A stretch of 32,000 bases of DNA from Candidatus Saccharimonas aalborgensis (lineage in GTDB: Bacteria; Patescibacteriota; Saccharimonadia; Saccharimonadales; Saccharimonadaceae): NCBI RefSeq assembly GCF_000392435.1, contig NC_021219.1, positions 930,001 through 962,000 of the forward strand, written 5' to 3'. A program made the position numbers and the translations under genes. Under the pieces are notes generated by a model. That model searched no databases and was not told the origin of the DNA. It saw nothing but the letters and a program-made list of their open reading frames with translations. Below, piece after piece: positions 1 to 8,037 of the stretch (positions within the stretch are counted from its first letter, which is position 1; each line of letters starts with the position of its first letter).

Positions 1-457
1 CTGCAAACAATAACCAGACGGCGACAAATGTGTGCATGATTCCTGGAGTGCCGTCTTGTACCAAAAAGAGAAACTGTGTCGAGGTAACAGCGATGATCGT
101 CCCAAACACGGCGACATTTCGGCGGAACCAGGTGCTTAGCAGTAAAAAGAGGCCCAATACCGTTCCAACACCGAGGATCAGCGAGGGCAGTTTGATCGTA
201 AAGGTCGACACACCAAAGATATTGAAGATGACGCGTTGCAATACATGATATGGAAGATCGATAACCATCGACGGAGACAGAGACTTGATAGAGAGCGAGC
301 CGCTCTGAACACTCGAGGTAAGTTCGGCTTCACGCAGTTCACCAGGTACATAAAAGCTTGCGATGAACAGTACAACTCCGACGCAGACGATCAAGAAACC
401 GTAGCTGACAATATATCGCCAGCGGTAAATCAAAAAATCGGTGACGCGAACTCGCAT
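1..457 (-). CDS. Integral membrane protein, N-terminal part only (C-terminus lies beyond the left window edge). GT-C (ArnT/PMT-like) glycosyltransferase suspected.
   Basis: Absent from the ORF track because it runs off the window. My translation from the ATG at 457 reads MRVRVTDFLIYRWRYIVSYGFLIVCVGVVLFIASFYVPGEL...IKLPSLILGVGTVLGLFLLLSTWFRRNVAVFGTIIAVTSTQFLF... with no stop down to position 2. It has several hydrophobic helices. A TATACT box lies about 10 nt upstream of the ATG. Confidence 0.6.
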   Translation of the reverse strand, partial: MRVRVTDFLIYRWRYIVSYGFLIVCVGVVLFIASFYVPGELREAELTSSVQSGSLSIKSLSPSMVIDLPYHVLQRVIFNIFGVSTFTIKLPSLILGVGTVLGLFLLLSTWFRRNVAVFGTIIAVTSTQFLFLVQDGTPGIMHTFVAVWLLFA

Positions 458-501
458 AGATATCACCAGTATATCACGAATACCAAATGGGCTTAAGCGG
501 C

Positions 502-1851
502 TTAGTCCCGACGTTTGTCGAGTGACATAAAGCGTAGCCGCTCAGGGTGGAAGTAGAGCTGGATCTTACCGACAGGTCCGTTTCGATGTTTGGCGATAAT
601 CAGATCGGTGATATTTTGGACGTCGACATTGTCCGGCTCATAATACCCAGGACGATAAATAAATGACACGATGTCGGCATCTTGCTCGATAGAACCAGAC
701 TCGCGCAGGTCGCTAAGCTGCGGAATGGGCGGATTGCGACTTTCGACCGAACGGCTCAACTGGCTAATTGCAATGAGCGGGACATTGAGCTCACGAGCAA
801 TGAGCTTGAGCCCACGGCTGATTTCGCTCACCTCTTGAACACGGTTACCAGCATAGTTGCCATTTGTCTGCATCAACTGCAAATAGTCGACGATGATGAG
901 CCCGAGGGGCTGATCGTGCGCGGCGCGGCGAGCTTTGGTGCGCATCTCGAGCACCGAAAGTCCGGGCGTATCATCGATAAAAATCGGTGCTTCCGCCATC
1001 TCCCCCATCGCTTCGCTGATTTTGCTAAAATCTTCGTCGCTCAGGTTGCCGGTACGAATATTCCAGCTATCAACCCCACTAGCGTCGGCGAGCATACGGT
1101 CGATGAGCTGCTCTTTACTCATCTCGAGACTAAAGAAAAGTACCGGAAGCTTTGCAATGGTCGCCACATTATAGGCAAGATTGGTGACCAATGTCGTTTT
1201 TCCCATAGCTGGTCGAGCGGCAATAATAACGAGATCACTGCGTTGCAACCCGGCTGTCATGTTGTCGAGATCACGATAGCCGGTGCGAATGCCGCGAAGC
1301 TGACCTTTGTTGCGGTGAAGCTCTTCGATACGGTCAAAACTTTCGGTCAAAATACTCTCGATACTCACCAGGTCTTGCTTGAGTGATTGATCGCTGACGC
1401 TAAATAACTCAGCTTCGGCTTTTTCGAGCAGTTCCTCAGTGGTTGTCTCTTCATCATAGCCAAGTTCGGAAATATCGGCACTGGCTTTTATGAGGCGTCG
1501 ACGGACGGCTTTTTGGGCGACGAGTTCGGCGTAGGCGGCGGCGTGTGCAGCAGTTGGGACGTAGTTTGTGAGTTCAGAAAGATAGGCAGAGCCGCCAACT
1601 GCTTCGAGCTGGTCTTTTTTGCGTAGTTCCTCGGTGAGTGTCAGTAGGTCAACGGGTTTGTGCCGTTCATAGAGTCGCATCATCGCGCCAAAAATGGTGG
1701 CGTGACGCTTGTCATAGAAATCCTTTGGGGTAACGTGCTCAGAAATATCGGCCAGAACTTCTTCATCAATCAAGACTGCGCCAATCAAACTCATCTCCGC
1801 ATCGAGATTTTGCGGGGGGACTTTTCCAGCACTGACCTCTTTTTTAGCCAT
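502..1851 (-). CDS. dnaB: Replicative DNA helicase DnaB
   Basis: 449-aa ORF. N-terminal PPQNLDAEMSLIGAVLID. Walker A ARPAMGKTT. IIVDYLQLM and SQLSR motifs typical of DnaB. Confidence 0.95.
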   Translation of the reverse strand: MAKKEVSAGKVPPQNLDAEMSLIGAVLIDEEVLADISEHVTPKDFYDKRHATIFGAMMRLYERHKPVDLLTLTEELRKKDQLEAVGGSAYLSELTNYVPTAAHAAAYAELVAQKAVRRRLIKASADISELGYDEETTTEELLEKAEAELFSVSDQSLKQDLVSIESILTESFDRIEELHRNKGQLRGIRTGYRDLDNMTAGLQRSDLVIIAARPAMGKTTLVTNLAYNVATIAKLPVLFFSLEMSKEQLIDRMLADASGVDSWNIRTGNLSDEDFSKISEAMGEMAEAPIFIDDTPGLSVLEMRTKARRAAHDQPLGLIIVDYLQLMQTNGNYAGNRVQEVSEISRGLKLIARELNVPLIAISQLSRSVESRNPPIPQLSDLRESGSIEQDADIVSFIYRPGYYEPDNVDVQNITDLIIAKHRNGPVGKIQLYFHPERLRFMSLDKRRD

Positions 1852-3238
1852 CGACTGATACCTCTTCTCCTCCCCCCATCATAGCAACAATAGCTGCGGT
1901 CTGGCCATCTTTGGGGGGTTTTGCGTTGGGGCTAATGACAATGTCGTGATCAGAAAGCTTCATTTGTTCGAGGATTTCCGCAAAAACCGGCAGTGATTTT
2001 TCGAGTTGTTTTTTGTTGAATTCGCGGCCCGCGTAGAGAGTGAATGTATTTGCCGAGAGATCATACCCAGCCTTGCCGAGAAGGCTATATGCTCCCGGAG
2101 CCTTGTCTTTTACTCGCTCGAGGAATGAATCCCACTGAAACGACGACGAAACGGCTGGTGGTTCTCGCTCCGCAGGCGGCTTTTGGGACTCTTTTTGGGC
2201 TGGTTGAGCTGTATCAACAGGAGGCAACTTCCCTAACGTTGATGAGTGTGATGGTGTCGGTAATGTCGTAACTTTGGGACTGCTTTTCGGGGGTTGGCTG
2301 CTCATATCAGCTGTTAGCGCGGTAAGGAGTTTTATGTACGGCCAGGCACTTCGTCGCACTTCCAACAGACGATCTAGTAGAGGAAGGAGTGACGGCTGAT
2401 CGATAATATGCTGGCGGAGGGCAGCGATGAGCTGATCTGCCAAGATAACTGCGGGTGTACCGTAGGCCTCAGTGTGATCAACAAGCGCGACGATTTTCCC
2501 GAGGTCATCCTCCGCGTAGGCGTTGAGTAACTGGGTCACGATATCACTGTCGGCCAGGCCCAGCACCCGCTCGACAATCTCGCGGCTAATGCTTTCATCA
2601 CTTGCGTGGCGTAGTTGGTCGAGCAAACTGACACTATTGCGAAAACTACCGTCACTCCGCTCAGCAATAAGGCTCAGGGCATCGTCATCGATAGCAATAC
2701 CCTCGGCGTCCGCAATCGTCCGCAGGTGCTTTGCATTGTCAGCAGGAATCGCCGCCCGAAAGTTGAAGCGCTGGACACGACTCAGTATGGTGGCCGGCAG
2801 TTTGTCAACATCGGTCGTTGCCAAGATAAAAACGACATGCTCAGGGGGTTCCTCGAGCGTCTTGAGCAGGGCGTTAAATGCCGATTTACTGAGCATATGA
2901 ACTTCGTCAATGATATAAATCTTTTTTTCGGCACTACTCGGGGCTATTTGGACTCGCTCACGTAGGTCGCGGATATCCTCGACACTGTTGTTGCTGGCGG
3001 CATCAATTTCGACAATATCGAGGTGTGAAGATTCGTCGCTATAGGGCAATTTGTTGATTTCGTGTGCGAGAATACGCGCGATTGAGGTCTTGCCAACTCC
3101 CTTTGGTCCGGTGAGCAGGTAGGCGTGTGCGATGCGGTTTGCATCAATAGCCCGCTTCAAAATAGCGGTAATGTGTGATTGCCCGATGATTTCATCGAGC
3201 GATCGTGAACGGTATTTACGATATAACGCCTGCCCCAT
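1844..3238 (-). CDS. dnaX: DNA polymerase III subunit gamma/tau
   Basis: ALYRKYRSRSLDEIIGQ, Walker A GPKGVGKTS, IIDEVHML and SRVQRF motifs, followed by a P/S-rich linker. The ATG at 3238 (MGQALYRKYR) is preferred over the TTG at 3268 used by the ORF track. The stop overlaps the dnaB start by 8 nt. Confidence 0.9.
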   Translation of the reverse strand: MGQALYRKYRSRSLDEIIGQSHITAILKRAIDANRIAHAYLLTGPKGVGKTSIARILAHEINKLPYSDESSHLDIVEIDAASNNSVEDIRDLRERVQIAPSSAEKKIYIIDEVHMLSKSAFNALLKTLEEPPEHVVFILATTDVDKLPATILSRVQRFNFRAAIPADNAKHLRTIADAEGIAIDDDALSLIAERSDGSFRNSVSLLDQLRHASDESISREIVERVLGLADSDIVTQLLNAYAEDDLGKIVALVDHTEAYGTPAVILADQLIAALRQHIIDQPSLLPLLDRLLEVRRSAWPYIKLLTALTADMSSQPPKSSPKVTTLPTPSHSSTLGKLPPVDTAQPAQKESQKPPAEREPPAVSSSFQWDSFLERVKDKAPGAYSLLGKAGYDLSANTFTLYAGREFNKKQLEKSLPVFAEILEQMKLSDHDIVISPNAKPPKDGQTAAIVAMMGGGEEVSVDG

Positions 3239-3289
3239 TAAGTCTATTTTAGCGTGAATTGTCACCAAATGCTGTTGTAGTTTTCTACC

Positions 3290-3925
3290 CTACGTGATTT
3301 CCGATAGATAATGGCTTCGACAGAGAGCCGAATAGGTGGCTTCAATCCCGTCGATGGCTTTTTGTGGGCCCTCGGTCGTCACGATGCCGTTTACCAACCG
3401 CGCGTTGACCACGGCAACTTGCCCACAGCCGCCGCGCTCACAGGCAGAGGCGATCTGTATTTTGCGATCAGCCCATTTCAACAGTGCGGCACTGCCAGGA
3501 AACAGCTCGCCGCGGAAATCGTTGAGAAGACCATAGGCCTCGATCGTGGCAATATCGGCATCAACGACCCCTGTTGCCAATTGCTTCACTTGCTCTGGTG
3601 AGAGAAACTGAGCCTCATCGACATAGATCAGCCAGGGGTGTTCCCAGACAGCGCTGGCCCCCAGGCGATTTGCGATTTCGCGTCGCAAAAATTCACCCGC
3701 GTCACCTTTCTCGGGGATTAGGAGTGCCGGTGCTTCCATGCCACCAGCGATGCGGGATTGGATACGAGTTCCGGCTTTACTATCTCCCTCTGGTTTCGCA
3801 ATGATGGTATTCCAGCCGCTATCACGTTTGCGATATTCATCGAGTAGTATCTCGGCAGTTTTGCCCCCTGCCATGGTGCTAAAGTGAAAGTTTAATTCAT
3901 GATGTCGACGTGGTCGTCCCGGCAT
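3290..3925 (-). CDS. tdk: Thymidine kinase
   Basis: 211 aa. P-loop STMAGGKTAEIL, VDEAQF box, and C-terminal C-x2-C ... ALCRSHY zinc/lasso region typical of type II thymidine kinases. SD GGGAGAGGTG lies upstream. Confidence 0.85.
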   Translation of the reverse strand: MPGRPRRHHELNFHFSTMAGGKTAEILLDEYRKRDSGWNTIIAKPEGDSKAGTRIQSRIAGGMEAPALLIPEKGDAGEFLRREIANRLGASAVWEHPWLIYVDEAQFLSPEQVKQLATGVVDADIATIEAYGLLNDFRGELFPGSAALLKWADRKIQIASACERGGCGQVAVVNARLVNGIVTTEGPQKAIDGIEATYSALCRSHYLSEIT

Positions 3926-4003
3926 AACACCTCTCCCTACTCTCTTTGTCTATAACTTATTTTAGTATAGCGTACCCGCATGCTTCGCTTCGGCGTAGAT
4001 TTT

Positions 4004-4082
4004 ACAATACGAAAAAGGCCACCGAAATGGCTCAGGCTGAGATGCTCATACTAAGCTATCTCGGCGAACCTTTTTCGGTGGC
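4004..4082 (-). terminator. 79-nt long-hairpin intrinsic terminator module, copy 1 (repeat family with 4462-4540)
   Basis: Read on the minus strand: GCCACCGAAA ... TTTCGGTGGC (10-bp outer stem, with further internal pairing GGTTC/GAGCC and GAGATAGC/GCATCTC), followed by CTTTTTCG. It begins 1 nt after the stop of the 4084-4308 gene. 78 of 79 nt are identical to copy 2. Confidence 0.65.
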
Positions 4083-4083
4083 T

Positions 4084-4308
4084 CTAGAAGAACGTCCAGG
4101 AGGCCATGGCCTCCAGCCACTGCCAGCGGGTGGAGAAGATGAATCCCCACAGGGTGGTGATGAGGAAGGCGTCGGCAATCGCCGTAACGGCGAAGCCGAA
4201 CACCCCCAGATCACCCCCCTCGGCTGCTCCGCCACCCGCGAAGCAGATGATGAGTGCCATGAGAACGATCCAGAACAGCGGGTGGTTGATCAAAATCAGG
4301 ACGAGCAT
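4084..4308 (-). CDS. Small hydrophobic membrane protein (74 aa, two predicted TM helices)
   Basis: MLVLILINHPLFWIVLMALIICFAGGG...FGFAVTAIADAFLITTLWGFIF. Strong SD TAAGGAGAGG lies 5 nt upstream of the ATG at 4308. The longer ORF-track start at 4398 lacks an SD. Confidence 0.6.
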   Translation of the reverse strand: MLVLILINHPLFWIVLMALIICFAGGGAAEGGDLGVFGFAVTAIADAFLITTLWGFIFSTRWQWLEAMASWTFF

Positions 4309-4461
4309 GTGCCTCTCCTTACGACGACGGGTCAAGCAAGGACGATCATTGTCATTATAGCATAAGCTATAATTTTTGTCAAGTACTATACCTTCCACAT
4401 GGGTTACTATTACCTGTGGAGATTCTTTTGGAGATCTAATGTAAAATTCAGCGTATATCTC

Positions 4462-4540
4462 ACAATACGAAAAAGGCCACCGAAATGGCTCAGGCTGAGA
4501 TGCTCATACTGAGCTATCTCGGCGAACCTTTTTCGGTGGC
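4462..4540 (-). terminator. 79-nt long-hairpin intrinsic terminator module, copy 2
   Basis: Same sequence as 4004-4082 with one difference (g4511 versus a4053). That difference restores a GCTCAG/CTGAGC pairing. It lies 18 nt downstream of the stop of the 4558-4719 gene. Confidence 0.65.
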
Positions 4541-4557
4541 ACGTCAGAGTATGACGA

Positions 4558-4719
4558 CTATCGCCGACTGCGGTCTTTTAGCGATGCTGTGATTGTCGCC
4601 ACAGCTCCCGCGCATCCTATGCCAATGATGATTGGCGCAGGGTTACCGGTAATCAAGCTAACCGCTAGCAAAACAGCTAGGGCTAGGATACCGATTACGG
4701 TCAAGACGCTCATTCTCAT
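4558..4719 (-). CDS. Small hydrophobic membrane protein (53 aa)
   Basis: MRMSVLTVIGILALAVLLAVSLITGNPAPIIIGIGCAGAVATITASLKDRSRR. SD AGGGAGG lies 9 nt upstream of the ATG at 4719. The ORF-track start at 4752 is a TTG that falls within the SD region. Confidence 0.55.
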   Translation of the reverse strand: MRMSVLTVIGILALAVLLAVSLITGNPAPIIIGIGCAGAVATITASLKDRSRR

Positions 4720-4812
4720 GCCGACAGACCTCCCTTCAAAAAAAGTCCTCAATGTGACGTGAATATCATATACAATAGCTATATGTTTGTCAATTTCTGA
4801 TAAATATAGTAG

Positions 4813-5328
4813 CTACAGTGCCGCTTCAACCGCCGCCCAGGTTGCGTCGGGATTATCCTCGGGGATGATGATAGTTACTTGGTCGCCGATATTGATGCGG
4901 AAGTACGTCACGCTAGCGAGCAAGATACGGTATTCTCTGGCTTGAGCCTCGACATAGTAGGCGCCATCGTGTTGTGTGAGGGTGCCGATGATTTGTTTAC
5001 GAGGGATCGGGCCGATTTGTTTGTAGATAAAACCGCCATCGTCTGCGATGGTAAGTTTTAGGATGTCACCTTCAACGAGCTTTGATTTGCTTGCGTAGTT
5101 TGCTGGTACGGGGTAGCTCTTGCCGTCGGGACCGATCATAACCTGTCCATCAAAGACACCTTCAACTACTTTACCACTCACTTCCTCGCGGCTGTTGGTT
5201 GGTGTGACGACACTACCGTCATCACCGATGATGCTGATGAGGAGCTCTTTGGCGGCGGCAAGGTTTGTTTCCGCCTCTGTAATAAGCGACTTTAGTCGCT
5301 TGACTTGTTTTTCTGGTAACTCAGACAT
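4813..5328 (-). CDS. Hypothetical protein (171 aa). N-terminal helix followed by a beta-rich region.
   Basis: Clean ORF with its own consensus promoter upstream. I recognise no motif. Confidence 0.7.
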   Translation of the reverse strand: MSELPEKQVKRLKSLITEAETNLAAAKELLISIIGDDGSVVTPTNSREEVSGKVVEGVFDGQVMIGPDGKSYPVPANYASKSKLVEGDILKLTIADDGGFIYKQIGPIPRKQIIGTLTQHDGAYYVEAQAREYRILLASVTYFRINIGDQVTIIIPEDNPDATWAAVEAAL

Positions 5329-5372
5329 ATTAGTTCTCGCAATCCTTGTCTGTTTTGGGTAGTAATACCCTC

Positions 5373-5403
5373 ATTATATACTGCGCGGAGCGCGTAGTGT
5401 CAA
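5373..5403 (-). promoter_or_regulatory. Sigma-70-type promoter for the 4813-5328 gene
   Basis: Minus strand reads TTGACA - 17 nt - TATATAAT. The gene's ATG is about 45 nt downstream. Confidence 0.55.
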
Positions 5404-5517
5404 GACTTTTTCTTTCCACAGGCTACTGAGAGGTCGTGTAGATTTCGTTGTAATAAACACCATACATGATGTATTACAAATAAGTGAATGCTGCTTCTAC
5501 CGGTGTATCTATACACA

Positions 5518-5544
5518 AACTACCCCGCATAGTGCAGGGTAGTT
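5518..5544 (-). terminator. Hairpin downstream of rplL
   Basis: AACTACCCTGC / GCGGGGTAGTT 11-bp stem (one G-U pair) with a 5-nt loop, about 35 nt after the rplL stop. The U-tail is weak (TGTGTAT). Confidence 0.45.
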
Positions 5545-5578
5545 GAGAACAAAACAATGATGGTCGAATACGTGTGAC

Positions 5579-5962
5579 TTAGGCGAGCTCGACAGTAGCG
5601 CCGGCTTCTTCAAGGGCTTTTTTAGCCGTCTCAGCTTCGTCTTTGCTTGCTTTTTCTTTGATGGGGCTTGGTGCGTTGTCGACAAGTGCTTTTGCCTCGC
5701 CAAGTCCAAGACCAGTGATTTCTTTGACTGCCTTGATGACAGCAACTTTTTGAGCACCAGCATCCTTGAGGGTGACGGTGAATTCAGTTTTTTCGTCAGC
5801 AGCGGCACCTGCATCACTACCGGCAACTGGGCCAGCGGCAACGGCAACTGCAGCAGCAGCTGGCTCAATGCCATAGTCGTCTTTGAGGATATTTTTGAGT
5901 TCGTTTACTTCGAGGACCGTGAGCTTTGTCAGCTCCTCGGCCAATTTCTTTACATCTGCCAT
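5579..5962 (-). CDS. rplL: 50S ribosomal protein L7/L12
   Basis: 127 aa. Ala-rich hinge [12 protein letters not shown]-terminal domain [24 protein letters not shown]...EAGATVEL. Confidence 0.97.
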   Translation of the reverse strand: MADVKKLAEELTKLTVLEVNELKNILKDDYGIEPAAAAVAVAAGPVAGSDAGAAADEKTEFTVTLKDAGAQKVAVIKAVKEITGLGLGEAKALVDNAPSPIKEKASKDEAETAKKALEEAGATVELA

Positions 5963-6013
5963 AACAGAGTTCTCCTTATCGTTTTATTCTGGTAATTCGT
6001 TTGGTAAGTGAAT

Positions 6014-6538
6014 CTACGCGGTCGCTTTTGCCTCAATACCATCGAGAAGCGCATGGAGGTTGCCTGAAAGCGCGTTGGTAACATCGTGTACCGGAGAAAG
6101 TAGCTGAGCTACGACTTCGGCAATCAACTGATGTTTGCTTGGTAGGCTTGCAAGTGCAGTGACATCGGCGCTGCCCTGGGCAATACCCTCGCCACTGAAA
6201 CCGGCGACTAATTCAAGAGCCGGATGAGTTTTTGCAAACTCGTGCAATACCTTTGCGGGCATGACTTCGTCGTCAGTGCTAAATGCATAGAGCAGTTGAC
6301 CAACAAGCGCACTGGTGTCAGCGTTCTTGTAGATGTCCTGTGAGCCCATTGCGACACGGACGAGGCGGTTTTTGACAACCTTGATGGTAACGCCTGCTTC
6401 GCGAGCAGCACGCCGCAAGTCTTGGAGGTCTGCGACGCTGATGCTTTGGTACTTGGCAACAGCTGTCCCCTTCGCATTTGCGAAAAGCTGACTCATTTCA
6501 CTTACCAAAGCTTGTTTCTTGTCTTTAGAAATTGCCAT
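6014..6538 (-). CDS. rplJ: 50S ribosomal protein L10
   Basis: MAISKDKKQALVSEM... VADLQDLRRAAREAGVTIKVVKNRL. The ATG at 6538 is preferred over the ORF-track start at 6571. It lies directly upstream of rplL. Confidence 0.93.
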   Translation of the reverse strand: MAISKDKKQALVSEMSQLFANAKGTAVAKYQSISVADLQDLRRAAREAGVTIKVVKNRLVRVAMGSQDIYKNADTSALVGQLLYAFSTDDEVMPAKVLHEFAKTHPALELVAGFSGEGIAQGSADVTALASLPSKHQLIAEVVAQLLSPVHDVTNALSGNLHALLDGIEAKATA

Positions 6539-6655
6539 GTGAGTGGTCAATCCTTTCAGAAGTAAGATCATCTCCGATGATTGTTATTGAGCAATCACGA
6601 CGAGATCATACGTATTAGCTTTGATATTTTTCGACCATATTGTTAAGTTACGATA

Positions 6656-6781
6656 ACCTAAATCTCATCAATTCCCCACTCCAGACAACCGGCCCGCCGC
6701 TAACTAAATCAGCCTTCGCTCTTGGCGGGCCTTGGCCCATCAGGGCCAACTGTCTGTCGGGGGAAGTGTTGAGATTTAGGT
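6656..6781 (+). repeat. Structured inverted-repeat element, copy A (MITE-like or structured RNA)
   Basis: Perfect 12-bp terminal arms ACCTAAATCTCA / TGAGATTTAGGT. Inner pairings: CAGACA/TGTCTG, GGCCCGCC/GGCGGGCC, and TTGGCCC-ATCA-GGGCCAA. The core is near-identical to 6951-7076 and 18503-18627. Confidence 0.8.
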
Positions 6782-6950
6782 ACGACATTCAGGTAATGAA
6801 CTAAAAAAGCTTTGGTTCATCACCAAAGACTTGCGGAAAAAGATGAATTTCCCCTCGGTAGCGAATTAAGCAATTTCTTGCAGCCACTGTCTTTAGGTAA
6901 TGTCTAATTTCTAGTATAGCATGGACGGAGCTACTTTTCAAGTTGCAAAA

Positions 6951-7076
6951 ACCCCGAGTCTCATCACCTCCCCACTCCAGACAACCGGCCCGCCGCTAAC
7001 TACATTAGCCTTCGCCTTGGCGGGCCTTGGCCCATCAGGGCCAACTGTCTGTCGGAGGAGGGGTTGAGAGTCGGGT
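6951..7076 (+). repeat. Structured inverted-repeat element, copy B
   Basis: Same core as copy A. The terminal arms differ in sequence but remain complementary (CCCGAGTCTCA / TGAGAGTCGGG, 10 of 11 pairs). Confidence 0.8.
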
Positions 7077-7104
7077 GAAATATATGCTATACTACCACTT
7101 AGAA

Positions 7105-8037
7105 ATGAGTGCAAGTCGACCAAGCTCCCCAGAGGAGCCACTCCCTCGTTTTTTTCCGAATTCTGCTCCGGAGACGGTAAAAGATGTCATGCGCTCCCCC
7201 TTGGTGCTCGATAAACCACCCTTTAAATATCACCACTTATCGCCGACACCACTTGATCCTCATCTCCTCCAGATCAAAGGCGGACCTCGCTATAACGAAC
7301 ATGCATTGACGTATATGGTTGATGCACCGCGTCAGGTGAGTATGAGTCGATTTGCTTCAGATGAGCAGATAACCTCATGGATAGCCTATCGTCTTGCAAC
7401 GGTGCCAAAAGGAAACATTGATAGCCTGGGTTCCGATGTCGTAGATACGACGTGGTTATCGGTTCTCTCGGAGATTATGGCTCAACATGAGCTCAAACAG
7501 CATCGTAATGATGCAGCGGTGCGGCTGCTTTTTGATGATACGACCCCTATTACTCAAGATGAAGCCGAAGAACTGATGCAGATCAGGGCGGGTATTGCCA
7601 CGCCAGAAGTAATCCTCAGGTTTTTTGCTCAGCATCCCGAACTTGGCGGCGTGGAACTGATGAAAGCAACCCGTGCCTTGCAACCGGAACAAATACGGCA
7701 GGCAAGAGATGAGTTTTTGGGTATGCTGGCCACATCATCGGAGACACTCGACATTGAGTTTCTCGACGAGCCTCCCTATCGTCGTATCCAGATTGAAGAC
7801 CCGAGAATTATCGTGCTCAAGACTCGGCTGGCGACTGTGGCATACAACGGCACGCTGATGGAAGTTGTGATGCGCGATAGCGGCGTGATTCTTGATCAAG
7901 CTCAAGACGACCTTACTACCTCCTACATAACAGGCCGAGACGAGGAGGGGCATCCTCTCGTGTGTGTCGCGCCCATCGCCATCACTGCTTACGCAAGGAT
8001 AGCGGCGGTACAGGTTCAGGATGAAGCGAGTAGTTGA
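7105..8037 (+). CDS. Hypothetical protein (about 310 aa)
   Basis: Long ORF. The ORF-track start at 7027 lies inside repeat copy B, so the ATG at 7105 (MSASRPSSPEEP) or at 7084 is more likely. No motif recognised. The 3' end overlaps convergent tmk by 22 nt. Confidence 0.6.
   Translation: MSASRPSSPEEPLPRFFPNSAPETVKDVMRSPLVLDKPPFKYHHLSPTPLDPHLLQIKGGPRYNEHALTYMVDAPRQVSMSRFASDEQITSWIAYRLATVPKGNIDSLGSDVVDTTWLSVLSEIMAQHELKQHRNDAAVRLLFDDTTPITQDEAEELMQIRAGIATPEVILRFFAQHPELGGVELMKATRALQPEQIRQARDEFLGMLATSSETLDIEFLDEPPYRRIQIEDPRIIVLKTRLATVAYNGTLMEVVMRDSGVILDQAQDDLTTSYITGRDEEGHPLVCVAPIAITAYARIAAVQVQDEASS

Noticed and set aside
2918-2932. In-frame A-AAA-AAG heptamer in dnaX (codons GAA AAA AAG encoding EKK). 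This is the same slippery sequence used for gamma/tau frameshifting in E. coli.
   Set aside because: It lies near residue 105, just before the Walker B box. The -1 frame hits a stop after a few codons, so a shift would give a useless fragment of about 110 aa. There is no downstream stimulatory hairpin. It is most likely just Lys codons.
3946-4365. 139-aa plus-strand ORF spanning the first 79-nt repeat and the small membrane-protein gene.
   Set aside because: It reads through the hairpin module and is antisense to a gene with a strong SD. No SD of its own and no recognisable motif.
5509-5874. 121-aa minus-strand ORF overlapping rplL in another frame.
   Set aside because: It is an alternative frame of the L7/L12 gene with low-complexity Lys/Leu/Ser/Pro content. 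No independent signals.
7027-7104. Extended N-terminus of the 7027-8037 ORF (MAHQGQLSVGGGVESRVKY...).
   Set aside because: This segment is the translated right half of repeat copy B, and the same DNA is non-coding at the other two copies. A start at 7084 or 7105 is more plausible.
8016-8037. Convergent gene overlaps: 22 nt at 8016-8037, 4 nt at 12031-12034 and 4 nt at 29823-29826.
   Set aside because: These fit genome compaction and were noted only as context. There is no evidence of a special regulatory role.
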